This document shows, one piece after another, positions 24,479 through 36,004 of a stretch of 64,000 bases of DNA. This DNA comes from Sphyrna mokarran. Taxonomy: Eukaryota. The position numbers and the translations under genes were made by a program. The notes beneath the pieces were generated by a model. That model saw only the letters and a list, made by a program, of their open reading frames with translations, was not told the origin of the DNA and did no database searches. Numbering within the stretch: position 1 is the stretch's first letter; each line of letters begins with the position of its first letter. The stretch is taken from NCBI GenBank assembly GCA_024679065.1, contig JAGIQG010000027.1, forward strand, positions 4,526,001-4,590,000, in the 5' to 3' direction.

Positions 24479-24579
24479 AGAAATATGTGGGGAAACAGGG
24501 GTAAGTCCCAGGTAGGATTGTTGTCAGTGTCAGTGTGATGGACCAAATCGTCTCCTTCTACATAGGATTCTATGATTTT

Positions 24580-25488
24580 CAGCCATTCAGCTCCACGAGC
24601 CTGCTCCACCATTTAATAAGATCATGGTTGATCTGATGGTAATCTGCACTCCTTGCTAACCAAGAGCCTATCCACCTCTGACTTAAACATTTTCAAAGGC
24701 TCTGCTTCCTCTGACCCTCTGAATGAAAAAAATTGCTGTTTTAAATGGGTGATGTTAATTTTTAAACAGTGAACCCCTAGATCCAGATTCTCCTCTCCAC
24801 ACCTCTCAGGATCTTAGATGTTTCAATTAAGTTATCTCTTACTCTTCTAAACACCAATGGATAGAAGCCGAACTTGTCTAGTTTTCCTCGTAAGACAACC
24901 CTCCTGTGGTATTTTTGCTTGCAGACCATGAAGGCACAAGCAAACTTTGTTGGAAAGGTGTTTACTGTGTAGGCTGTTAGAATAGACTGCCTATTTGCCT
25001 GTGCAAACAGCCAATGATAGTATCAGGGCATCATGTGATTGATCCTTTAAAGTGCCCTTGTTCCAGATAAGAACAACATTAATTCATAACACTTCCCACT
25101 GAAAGTATTAATCCAGTAAATCCTCTCTGAACAGGTTCCAATATGTTTACATTTTTCCTCAAATAAGGAGACTAATACAGTACACAGTTCTCCAAAGGCC
25201 ATCTCATTAGTAACCTGTATAATTGAAGTATTACCTCCTTACATTTGTATTCAATTCCCCTTACAATGACTAACATTCTATTAGCTTTCCTAATTACTTG
25301 CTGCACCTGTACACTCACCTTTCTGTGATTCATATGTAAGGATACCCAGATCCCAATGCACCTCACAGCTCTGCAATCTTGCATCATTTAGATAATATGC
25401 TTCTTTTTGATACAAAATGGACAATGTAACATTTTCCCCACATTATACCCCATTTCCAAGATCTGTGCCCACTCACTTAACCCATCTA
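24580..25488 (-). mobile_element. Decayed CR1 3' part, containing a solo LTR
   Basis: ORF 25172..25387 KVSVQVQQVIRKANRML..RGIEYKCKEVILQLYRLL. Confidence 0.85.
24905..25091 (-). mobile_element. Solo LTR, 187 bp, probably Gypsy-type
   Basis: TGT...ACA termini; 5-bp TSD cctcc/cttcc (24900-24904 and 25092-25096); interrupts a CR1. Confidence 0.7.
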
Positions 25489-25489
25489 T

Positions 25490-25660
25490 GGATGCGATTC
25501 TCCCCAAAACATTCTAAGTGCTGAATTGATGAGAAAAATGGTGTAATTCATGACTGTTCTTTCAGTGGAAGTTCAGACTTGAATGTTCCACTCTCTGTGC
25601 AATGTAGGGGTGCAGGGGTCGTAATCATTCCAGGGGTGGGGGGAGGATGCGGTGGGGGAA
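25490..25660. mobile_element. Harbinger-like MITE end
   Basis: ggatgcgattctccccaaaacattctaagtgctgaatt is the reverse complement of the 46503-46538 terminus. Confidence 0.7.
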
Positions 25661-26560
25661 CTAACACTCATTTTGTGAACTCTTTTAAATATTTATGAAA
25701 ATTCTTACCATCTATTTTTATATTTCTAATCAACTTTCTCTCATACTCTAATTGCCCCCTCCTTATTAAGCTTCTAGTCATCCTTTCTGTTCCTTATATT
25801 CTCTCTAATCTTCTGACTTGCCAACTGTCCTAGCACAATTATTTGCTTTTTCTTTAACTTGTCTAGTTAACCATGAATGGTCCCTTGCTCATTGGAATGG
25901 TATCTTACTAATTGGAATGTATATATTCTAAGCATTCTAAAATATCTCCCTAAATGTTTGCCACTACATCTCTATTGACCTACTCCTTAACCTAATTTGC
26001 CAATTCACTTTAGCCAGCTCTACTTTCATGCTCCCATAATTGCTTTTATTTATGTTTAGTCACAGACTCACTTCTCTCCCTCGAACTGAATGTAAAATTC
26101 AATTATATTATGGTAACTGCTAAATGGGGTGCATTCTCCATGAAATCATTAATTATTGCCTTCTTATTGTGCAATACAAGTCAAGTATAATCTGCTCTCT
26201 GGTTGTCATCAGAACATGCTCTTCCAAGAAACTATCCCAAAAACATTCAATCAACTCCGCATGTAGGCTACCTTCATCTAACTATCTTTTTTAGTCAATA
26301 TGAAAATTAAAATATCCTATGATAATCGCTGTACTTTTCACAGAATCGCAGAATTGTTACAATGAAGAAGGAGGTCATTTAGCCCATTATGTCTGTACTA
26401 TCTTTCCAAATGAGCATTATGTCTTGGTGCCATTTCCCTGTCATTTTCCCACACACTTGCACATCCCAATAACTTCCAAATATTTCTTCCTTTATTGTCT
26501 ATTTTACTGTGTGGTTATCATTAAAAAGCCTGTACATTATTCCCACAAGTGATTTCTTAA
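25660..26560 (-). mobile_element. Decayed CR1 ORF2 internal segment
   Basis: ttctaaaatatctccctaaatgtttgccactaca, ttcaattatattatggtaactgcta, aagaaactatcccaaaaacattca resemble CR1 EN-linker sequence. Confidence 0.6.
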
Positions 26561-26599
26561 TTTTACCATTTCTCATCTCTAAGTGGCGCATAACACACT

Positions 26600-27180
26600 T
26601 GAAAGCCTGCAGAGGGAGGTGATGCACATGTGCAGGCTTCTGATGCTGCACATGCACATTAGCAGTAGCAAAGGTCTGATAGAAAAGAGAGAACTGTCAG
26701 CCCCTGCTATTCCAGGCAGCTGAAGCAGCTCCCCGCTAACCTCTGCAATCACAGGTGCCCATAGCCCCAAGATTTAGCCTTCACCAACACTTCCACCACA
26801 CAGACCGATCGCAGATCACCCCTCTCCCCACAGATCACCGCAGAGTGACAGCAGGACCCTTTCTCTTTAGCTCCTCCCCATTAGCCCTTTCCCCATCAGC
26901 CCCTTCCCAGTGACCCTGCCCCTACATGCTCATCGGGCATTGCCCAAATGCCAGGTGCTAGGGTGGCATTGCGAGTCTGGCATTGTCCCAGGGCTACCAT
27001 CGGTCTCTCCTGGAGGGTCTCAGTGGTCACTGGTTCCACCGGCAAGGTCAACTCAACTGCTCCCCATTCATGGAGATTATGTGTATTCCTCATTGGCGCA
27101 AACCTTTCCTGGTAAGGTCATGGGGGAGAGGCCTGGACAATTGAGCTCTGGGCTCGCTAAGCAGATGTAAAACAGCATTA
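26600..27180. mobile_element. Internal part of a GC-rich Harbinger-like element
   Basis: gggcattgccc/ggtggcattg motifs like those at 45800-45960. Confidence 0.5.
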
Positions 27181-27334
27181 TAAAAAGAACAGAGATAAGA
27201 CAAGAAAGGAAGGTATAATTACGGGAAACGAAAACCACACAGTGACAGGAAAGAATAGAAAGTGCAAATTTAACAGTATATCAACAGATGAGGTTGAGAC
27301 CAACAGATCTACAGAGGTCATAAAAAGAATAAAA

Positions 27335-27515
27335 GGATAAAATTAAAAACTCTGTGTCGGATTGCATGAAGCAAAAGAAAACAGATGAACTGAGAGCACA
27401 CTTGGAAATAAACAAATATGATTCGATAGCTATTATGAGTCATGGGATCAGACATGAATATTATAAGGTACAAGATAAGAAGAGCAGGAAGTGAGGAGGG
27501 GTAGCTCTGTTAGTT
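27335..27515 (+). mobile_element. CR1 ORF2 endonuclease N-terminal remnant
   Basis: Translates as DELRAHLEINKYDSIAI, matching the CR1 APE start motif DEL.AQI....YD.IAITETWL. Confidence 0.6.
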
Positions 27516-27869
27516 GGTTAGTTATCGCTTCTGCAGCGAGTAACAGACTTACTGATATTTTTGCAGGGAGAATGCATATGGGTGAGAGGGTCCGAAAACA
27601 TGCCCAGGAAACAAGATCTGAAACACTCCTGGCACTATTTTACCATTTTTATTCAAAGTGCTGAATGGATTTGAAACTGTGAGTGTTTCAGAATGCACTC
27701 AACAGCCATGCACCCCTTACTAATGCGTGCATCACAAAGACATTTTATATCAAGGCTTGAAATGGAAATGCAAGAGCAAGAAGAGAGAAAGATGAGGACT
27801 CCATTGCCTGGAGCAGAAAACAGGGAAGGGGAAGGAAGAAGATAGAAGATGGCCAATTTCCTGCAGCAG

Positions 27870-28240
27870 CTTGGCTCAGCAATAGCACTGCTGATACTTC
27901 AGTGTAATACTGAGGGGGCGCTGCACTGCCATCTTTTGGATATAACATTAAACCAAAGACTCAACTAGCTATTGGGTGGGATATGAAAGGGCCCATATTA
28001 CTGTTTGAAGAAAAGCAGGGAGATTTTTCTCAGTGTCCTGGCCAATGGTCATGCAATAACTGGCATCAAGAAAAACAAATAAATTGGTGCGTTATCTCAT
28101 TGATGTTTGTCGGACTTTGCTGTGTGCAAATTGGTTGTTGCTGTTAATGATTACACTTCAACAAGTAATTCATATGGTGCCTAGTATTTTAAGGCTTGAC
28201 GAGTGCATGAAAGTTGCTGTATCCATTTGTTTCCTTTTTG
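27870..28240 (+). mobile_element. Deu-domain SINE
   Basis: tactgagggggcgctgcactgccatcttttgg..ttaaacc..gaagaaaagcagggaga..gtcctggccaat. Confidence 0.8.
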
Positions 28241-28814
28241 TTTTCACTTGCCGTGCTGTTCCAATCAGCATGACTAAAATGCAATGTTCATTCAGTGTTT
28301 GTTTTGTTTAACCAATTCGTGTTCCTTATCAACCAGTTTATTGTGCCCTTAAAATCCGCTATCCACTGGCTGTTATCTCAAAAAAGTTTATATTGCTGTG
28401 AGGGCTGTCAGCTGTTCTGCTCCTTCAGCTGGATATCCTGCCAGAATTGGCTGCAGTTCCTCATAAAACATGAACTACATCTGTCTCGAGCTGGACAACA
28501 TATTAATCAAACTGATGAAGCTCCCTCAGCTCCTCTTTGCACCCAATTATCAGATGATTTATAGAACTGACCAGAACGGCAGGACTTGATGGAGTTCGCA
28601 CTATGTAAGTGATTTACACTGTCCATAGCAAGACCCTCCATCTCTGTGCAACTTCTGAATGCACATTCCTCTGTGAAAGAGTAAATGACATGATGACAGA
28701 TCAGTAGAACACAATATTCTCCTCCTTTCCATTGCGTCTGGCTCCAGTATGGATTATGATTGGTGAAAGTCACGGAAGCAGGTGGATGAGATTTAGACAG
28801 CTGGATGGTATTTA

Positions 28815-28985
28815 ACAACAGAACATTGCACTTATTTCACACCTTTAAGGAAGTGGAATTCCCCAAATCTTTTTATGGGAATTATATCAAGCAAAATCTG
28901 ACACCGCGGCACATAAGGAGATGTTTGGTCAGGTGCACAAAGAGGAGGAAAGTACAGGGGTTTAGCAAAGGAATTCCAGTTTTCT
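28815..28985 (-). mobile_element. L2 3' end fragment
   Basis: tatcaagcaaaatctgacaccgcggcacataaggagat. Confidence 0.65.
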
Positions 28986-29199
28986 GAATGAATAGATTAT
29001 TCCTTCATTGCTTGTGGAAAAGTTTGGGAAGGAGTCAAATTTAATGTTGAAGCTTTGTTGGGTTTGATACTCTTTCCTCCTTGCAAGTGTCCTATACTTT
29101 CTGTCCTTCCTCAAGTTTTAACCTTTTTTTCTTGAGATGCAGTTTCACAGGTGTTGGTCATTTTCTGGTATTTGTCCAAGTCACCAATTCCCATGAAGT

Positions 29200-29540
29200 T
29201 TTATTCCAGGGACTCAAGCACACATCTAGATTGACATTTTCACTGTAAGCTGAGGGAGGGTAGTATAATCAGACCTGTTTTTCTAATAAAGTATTTTCCG
29301 TCTCAGGTATACTTAAGGACTTCAAAGTACTACTTCAAAGAAGAACTCTCAGCCAATATCATGAATAAAAAACATGATCTTGCCACCATATTGTTGTTTC
29401 TGAGAGCTTGCTGTGTACAAATTATTTGCCACATTTCTGACTCAACAAGAGGGCTTAGACTTCAAAAAGTACTATGTTGGCAGTCCAGTCCATGTTCTGA
29501 GTTTATGAAAATCTAACAGCAAATATTTCTTTCTTTCTTC
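29200..29540 (+). mobile_element. Deu-domain SINE, decayed
   Basis: gactcaagcacacatctagattgaca..gagcttgctgtgtacaaatt..cttcaaaaagtac; tail (tttc)n. Confidence 0.6.
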
Positions 29541-30479
29541 TGTTAACTCACCTCAATAGTTTTAGATTTCTGAGGCCAGTTGTAATTGTCCGACCTTGTC
29601 CCAGCTGATATCAACCAACAGATTGGGGATTAAACTGGCAATCGCTATGGGCAGTGCCAATTATCAGCTGTAGAGCCAGTCACTAAGTGTTTGCATCTGC
29701 ACTGCATGGCATTATCGACCTTGCTCGAGAGAGAATTTGATGAAGTAGATATTTATGTTAATTGAATAGAAATGGAATATTTATAAGCATTTCCCTCCCA
29801 CAACCATTCTTGCTAATTGAATAATGTTTATTACAAATGGATATTAGGTGAGAGTGTGGGCTGAATGATTAAACATCATTGTACAGTCATAGTATGAGAT
29901 ACTGTGTATCAAATGTATGTCTTTTAGTCATTGCTAATGAGAACTATGAGAAGCAATTGAAACAACCTGACAAGTCAATTCAACGGTCACTTTAAGGGCT
30001 CATTTTGGATAAGAGAGAATAATGGCTTGTAGATCCATATACAGCATGGAGAACATTACACACAATCAGGGGTCGTTGGATCTTTACCATCAGCTAAATT
30101 GCCATCTGAAGTCTGGTGTTGATCATCATTTATATTGTCCACATGTGCTGTGTGATACAGGGATGTGCTGCAATTTACACAGTTACTGTACCCATTTGAG
30201 ATGTTAAATCAATGAATAACATCTTCTCCATCACCAAGACAGCTTGTTCAGCTGTTACATATTGGCTCACCTTCTATTTCTGAGAGTTTCCGCTGAGAAA
30301 ACATAATTTTGTGCCAGTTGTTATCTTTTACCTAGGACACTATTAGATAAACATTGTCAATTTGGCTCTCTGACTGACAGAATGATAATTGTAACCTTAG
30401 CATTTAAAGTTACAATTGAGTGGGGTGAGTGGGGCCAAAGAATCAAGGAGAAGAGGAGATTTGTTATGACCTGGAAGCA

Positions 30480-30650
30480 CTTCCACAAAATCATTGAATA
30501 AATACTTGAAAGAGAATAATTTGCAGAACTATGGAGAAAGAGCAGAATAGCGAGACTAATTTGATAGCTCTTTCAAAGAACTGGCACAAGCTCAAGAGGC
30601 TGATTGGCTTCCATCTGCACAGGATCATTGTATGAATCTATAATTCTATA
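30480..30650 (+). mobile_element. CR1 3' UTR fragment
   Basis: ctatggagaaagagcag..gatagctctttcaaagaactggcaca..ggctgattggcttcc. Confidence 0.6.
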
Positions 30651-31129
30651 AGAAACTATCAGGTGAGAGACATCCTGCACTCCAGTCTAGCAAGGACTAA
30701 TTGTGAAGGTCTCACCTATCCCTATAACATTCATTCCCATCCCAAATTGGTATTTATCCTGCTCTTTCAATTATGTTGGGAATCTATTCCACATTGCTTT
30801 CTTAGTGGAAGCACATTCCTTCAATTCTGTTGAATGATTGGCTTGGCTCAATGAGAACACTCTGGCTAATTCTGTCTGAGTGGGAAGGCCTTGAAATAAC
30901 TCTTCAGAGGCCATTGTCCCTTCACAAGATTCCCTTTATTTACAAACTCAATTCTATTCCTAAAAGAGCTCCAGATACAAAATCAGAATCTGGAGTGCCA
31001 GTAAATCTGACACTTCTATATTTATGTACAGATGCAGCTTCCTGATTGGGCAGGCAATTATAGCCTTAGTCAGGAAGTTCATATTACAGACCCCATTAAA
31101 ATCATTACAGTTCTATGTTCAAGTTGCAC

Positions 31130-31590
31130 CCCTGGAATGATGCTGTGATGCTGTCTGTGTGAATGCTGCATTAGGGCAGTGATCTTTTTTCGAAATGCTA
31201 ATCTGAGGACCCTTCTGTGTGTCCAAGTATGTGTAAAAATACCCATGCAGAGAATTTTATGGCCTCACTATGGCAAGACTGAGGCTGAAAAATACATTGG
31301 TTTTGGTGGGAGTGGAAAATTGCTCTGGTGAGTGGGGCTGTAAAATTCTGCCCAATGGCTCAATTGAAAGAAATGCAGGCAATGTCCCCTTAATGATAAT
31401 TCCTCAATTGACATCAACAAAACTGACTACTGGTCCTTGATCTCACCTCTCCTGTGGGAATTCACAAGTACAAATTCACTGACATAGAAATTGGGATTGC
31501 ACTTCTAAAGTAATCTATTGGCTGTCACATAATTTGGAGCATCATCAGAACATTAAAGGGTATCATATGAATGTAAATAATTTTTTTCTC
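31130..31590 (+). mobile_element. Deu SINE remnant with a nested short MITE (31247-31353)
   Basis: MITE ends gcagagaatttta...taaaattctgccc. Confidence 0.5.
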
Positions 31591-31934
31591 TTCAAGTTTT
31601 TAAAAAGAATTGTCTGTGCTCCTTTAATGAAAGGGGCGTCAGAACCAAAAATATTCAGGGTGCCTTGCAATTTCTATCCATTTAAACATAATAATAAAGT
31701 GCAGGAAGAAACAGGCTTGTAGAATGTTTACACATTGCAATAACAATAAAGAAAATCAGATCACAGATCAATGGGCATGATAATAGTGTACTGGTTATGT
31801 TACTATGATAATAATCCAGAATAATCTAGAAGATGAGTTCAAATTCATCCTGTCAACTCCAATCTCCCATCAATCTGATTTATTCTTAACTTGCCTCTAA
31901 GTCACACACTTGTGTCAAAATACTACAGAGTATT

Positions 31935-32170
31935 GCTCTGAAATAAAAAGAAAAAATACTGGACAAATTCAGCAAGTCTGGCAGTATCCTGAAAGCAGGA
32001 TACAGAATTAACATTTTGAATCCATGTCTACAGTTCTGTAGGAGAGTCACAAGGACTCAGTATATTAACACTGTATCTCTCTGCAGAGATGCTGCCAGAC
32101 CTGCTGAGTTTCTTTAGCTATTTTCTGTTTTATTTAGATTTCCAGCATCTGTAGTATTTTGCTTTTATTT
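31935..32170. mobile_element. PLE-derived family B palindrome
   Basis: Left arm tctgaaataaaa..tactgga..ttcagcaagtctggcagtatc pairs with right arm gatgctgccagacctgctgag..ttttctgttttatttaga. Confidence 0.75.
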
Positions 32171-32530
32171 TAAAGATTTTCCCTGATTCAGGAAGAAGGC
32201 TCACCCCAATATGCGCAGAGTAAAAGTGACTAGCAATAAATGCCAGCTCCTCCACCCATATCCCATGTCATGGTGCAAACCACATTTATTGATAAAATTG
32301 CTTTGCACTATAAATATTTCCATTCAGTAATCTGCGCTTTATTCAACATCATGAAATTTCACAGGTCTATTGATCTTGTCACTGGTTCTGCAGGCACTTT
32401 CTTCTTTGGTCATCATCCTGAAACTGTGCGTAGTTACAGGATGCCAAATATCAACTTCAACTTAGAATCATAGAATCCCTACAGTGCAGAAGGAGGCCAT
32501 TTAGTCAATCGAGCCTGCACCAACTCTCTC

Positions 32531-32738
32531 ATGACATGGAGATGCCGGCATTGGACTGGGGTAAACACAGTAAGATGTCTGACAACACCAGGTTGAAGTC
32601 CAACTGCTTTATTTGATAGTAAACTGAGACCAGAACATCTCATTCATCTGACGAAGAGGGGAACCTTGAAAGCTTGTGAGTTTATTATCAAATACATTGG
32701 TTGGACTTAAACCTGGTGTTGTCAGACTTCTTACTGTG
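32531..32738. mobile_element. Penelope-like fold-back insertion (family A)
   Basis: TSD ccaactctctc at 32520-32530 and 32739-32749; inverted arms. Confidence 0.9.
32642..32681 (+). ncRNA. Minimal hammerhead ribozyme motif, intact core
   Basis: attcat CTGACGA a GAGG ggaa CCTT GAAA GC TT gtgagt, with a 6-bp stem I. Confidence 0.75.
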
Positions 32739-33099
32739 CCAACTCTCTCCCCCAGGCCAAAGCCCCTTAACCCCATGTATTTACCCAGCTAATTCCCCCT
32801 AAGCCAGACATCTTGGGACAACAAAAGGGAATTAAGCATTGCCAATCAAACTACCTGCACATCGTTGGATTGTGGGAGGAAACGCACACAGATACGGGAA
32901 GAACATTCAAATTCACACAGTTACCTAAGGCTGGGTCCCTGGCACTGTAAGGCAGCTGTGCTAACCATTGTATCACCATGCCATCCCATTCTTGACCTGA
33001 CCATTGGATTATAATTCTAGCAGTGAAACCACTTCCTTATTACTCTGGGGACAGACAGTCCTGGAACTCCAATTGATTAAACTGGCAGACCATGTTGTT

Positions 33100-33420
33100 T
33101 CATAGAATTCTACAGTACTGAAGAAGACCATTTGGTCCATTGAGTCTGTACTGATCACAATCCCACCCAGTCCCAATTCTCGCAATCACATGCATGTACC
33201 ATGCTAATCTCCCTGACACTAAGGGGTAATTTTGTATGCCCAATCAACTTAACCTGCACATCTTTGGACTGTGGGAGGAAACCGGAGCACCTGGCAGAAA
33301 CCCACGCAGACATCGGGAGAACATGCAAATGCCACACAGACAGTGGTCTGAGGCCGGAATTGAACCTGGGATCCTGGCGCTGTGAGGCAGCAGTGCTAAC
33401 CACTGTGCCACTGTGCTGCC
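33100..33420 (-). mobile_element. HE1 V-SINE, full length
   Basis: Head, V domain and tail all recognisable. Confidence 0.9.
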
Positions 33421-33906
33421 ACTGTTTTACCTTGTCTGTGGCTTGTTGTGCATCTATTGAACTATATTTGCAGTTCTCTGACATGGGCTTTGCTCCCTAT
33501 TTGGTTAGGGCTCCTGGACACGATCTCTATAATTGTAATGTTCCCTCCCCCCACGCCACCCTATACCAAATGGGTAATCATAGAATATTACAGCCCATTT
33601 GACCTATCGAGTCTATATATGGAACACAGAACATAGAACATATTGGCTGTTTTAGTGAGCAATCCAGGTATTCTTCCCACTATACGATTTTCCCTCATCC
33701 ATGATTTTTCTATGGCAGTTATTAACTCCAGTTGGACCATTTTAGCTCCAGTCGCAGTTAAAATTCTAATTGATATTTCTATCACATGGCATTTTGTCCC
33801 GATATCTGGGATGTTGCAGCATCTTGCTAAATAAAGATGCATTTGGGGAGTGAAGGAGTAAAAAAAATGATTAAAATTTCCCCTAAGCAGCAGAAGCTCA
33901 TATGAT

Positions 33907-35144
33907 ACAAAGAACAAAGAACAAAGAACAACACAGCACCGGAAACAGGCCCTTCGGCCCAACGAGCCCACGCTGCCGTCCTAACGTCTTAATGACATAT
34001 AGGGACCAATTTGTCACCCAATCAGCCTAAGAGCACATTTTTGGGATGTGGGAGGAAACCGGAGCACCCGGAGAAAACCCACGCAACCGCGGGGAGAACG
34101 CGCAAACTCCCGCAGACACAGGCCCAAATCCATGTGTCTGCACAGCAACAGCGATAGTCCCTGAGCTGTCATGGTGCCCATCAGATGGTCCAGTTTAAGC
34201 ATACACTAACGACGTGAAGCACTAGGCCACTCCTGAAGCAACATCCAAGAGCAGCTCTCACACGACCTGCCGCATGCATGCACCTTGTTGGTTAACAAGG
34301 TGGACTGAACATCCTGTGGAAACAAATAGGATATTTAAACAGTCCTACTATATCCCTCTATCTGCAGACCGCTCATGTGGCTGTCCAAGAGACCCTTAAA
34401 CAACCCCAGCGTGCCTGCTCCCACCACCTTACTCGGTAGTGCATTCCACACCCCCACTACCCTTTGTGTGAAAAACTGCCCTCTAATATTCGTCTTATAC
34501 ATAGCCCCCCTCACCCTAAGGCCGTGACCCCTCGTTCTATCCTTTTCTAATGGTGGAAAAAGCTTACCACCATTTACTCTATCTATACCCCTCATAATCT
34601 TATATATCTCTAATAGATCCCCTCTCAGCCGACGTCTTTCAAGGGAAAACAACCCCAGTGCGTTCAATCTTTCCTCGTAAGACAGCCTTCCATACCAGGC
34701 AGCATCCTGGTAAATCTCCTCTGCACTCTCTCCAGGGCCTCCACATCCTTCCGGTAGTACGGCGACCAGAACTGGACGCAGTACTCCAAGTGAGGCCTAA
34801 CCAACGTTCTATACACTTGCAACATTAGACTCCTACTCTTGTATTCTATACCTCTTCCTATGAAGGCTAACATACCATACGCTTTCTTTATCACATTCTC
34901 CACCTGTACTGACATCTTTAGAGACTTGTGAACCTGCACCCCCAGGTCTCTCTGCATCTCTATACTCCGGATAGTTTTACCTTTTATCCTATAACTCCCC
35001 GCTACATTTTTCCGGCCAAAATGCATCACCTCGCATTTATTCGGATTAAATTTGATTTGCCATCTATCTGCCCAATCTACCAGCCTATCTATGTCCTGTT
35101 GTATTGCCTGGTACTGGTCCTCTGTTCCTGCCAATCCAAGCATT
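33907..35144 (-). mobile_element. Young CR1 LINE, 5'-truncated, with a V-SINE-derived 3'UTR
   Basis: ORFs 34664..35143 and 34335..34667 are ORF2 C-terminus with one frameshift (KFNPNKCEVMHFGR, RPHLEYCVQFWSP, RRLRGDLLE); possible TSD tatgat at 33901-33906 and 35145-35150; tail (ttctttg)n. Confidence 0.93.
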
Positions 35145-36004
35145 TATGATGAAACTACTTAATATAAATGTGAATAGAATACCCCATATCCCACCCTTGC
35201 ATTCTTCTTCTCTATCACATGCTGATCTACAATTCTGTGGGACACCAGTCACTCTCTGCTACCTCAGTAATTCATGATTCTTGAACTGAGATGGTATCAT
35301 CAGCTGGGAATTCAACCATGCTGTCATATGACATCTGCGCATGTATGTATGCCTTCCAGCAGGGGTCATTTGATGGTGATCAGGATCAGGAATCTCCCCC
35401 TCCCTAGCTTAAGGAAATATGGTGTTGGCATACCCTTGGCACTTTCAGATTAATTCTGGGAAATTGAATCTTAATGGTCTACAATGACAGACATGATGCA
35501 TTTACTTTGCAAGCCATTTATTCATCTGAGAAAATTGGAATAATCCTCCAAATATTTAGTTTAATTTAATAAATAAACGATCCTTTCAGTAAATATTTTC
35601 AGCCTTTCAGGAATTGTGTTTAAAACCTGTAGAGAATGAGCACACCTGGATGATAAATAGTGCCGTCAAGGTCAGAGGTTAAGCATCACCTTGAAGCAAT
35701 GAACAACTTATAAATCATTAGCCATTTACAGACCTGTCTTTCTCAAAGCCAAGGAAAATATGTACTTACTGAAGCCTGATTTATGTGATGTGAGAAGTGA
35801 AAGAATCTCCTTTTATTCTTTTCAGAGAGATCAAACCTTCTGATAAAATTGCTCTTATTTGACCTTCATGACAACACTCAAATTTACCGATTGGTTTTGT
35901 GATGAGGATGTTTTTTAGTAGTTCCCCACAAGGTGGGAGTGCCTTTCAGATTGAAAATGCCCTGGCTTCTAGAGACATATTGAAATTTATAGACATATTC
36001 TATT

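Larger units (their letters stand above)
23495..24575 (+). mobile_element. HE1 V-SINE interrupted by a family D SINE and a Rex/Babar LINE
   Basis: Head ggcatggtggcgcagtggttagcactgctgc at 23496; B box and V domain resume at ~23943; tail resumes at ~24480. Confidence 0.8.
32463..32990 (-). mobile_element. HE1 V-SINE interrupted by a family A PLE insertion
   Basis: tagaatcatagaatccctacagtgcagaagg tail; tgtgggaggaaac V domain; gtgctaaccattgtatcaccatgcc head. Confidence 0.85.
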
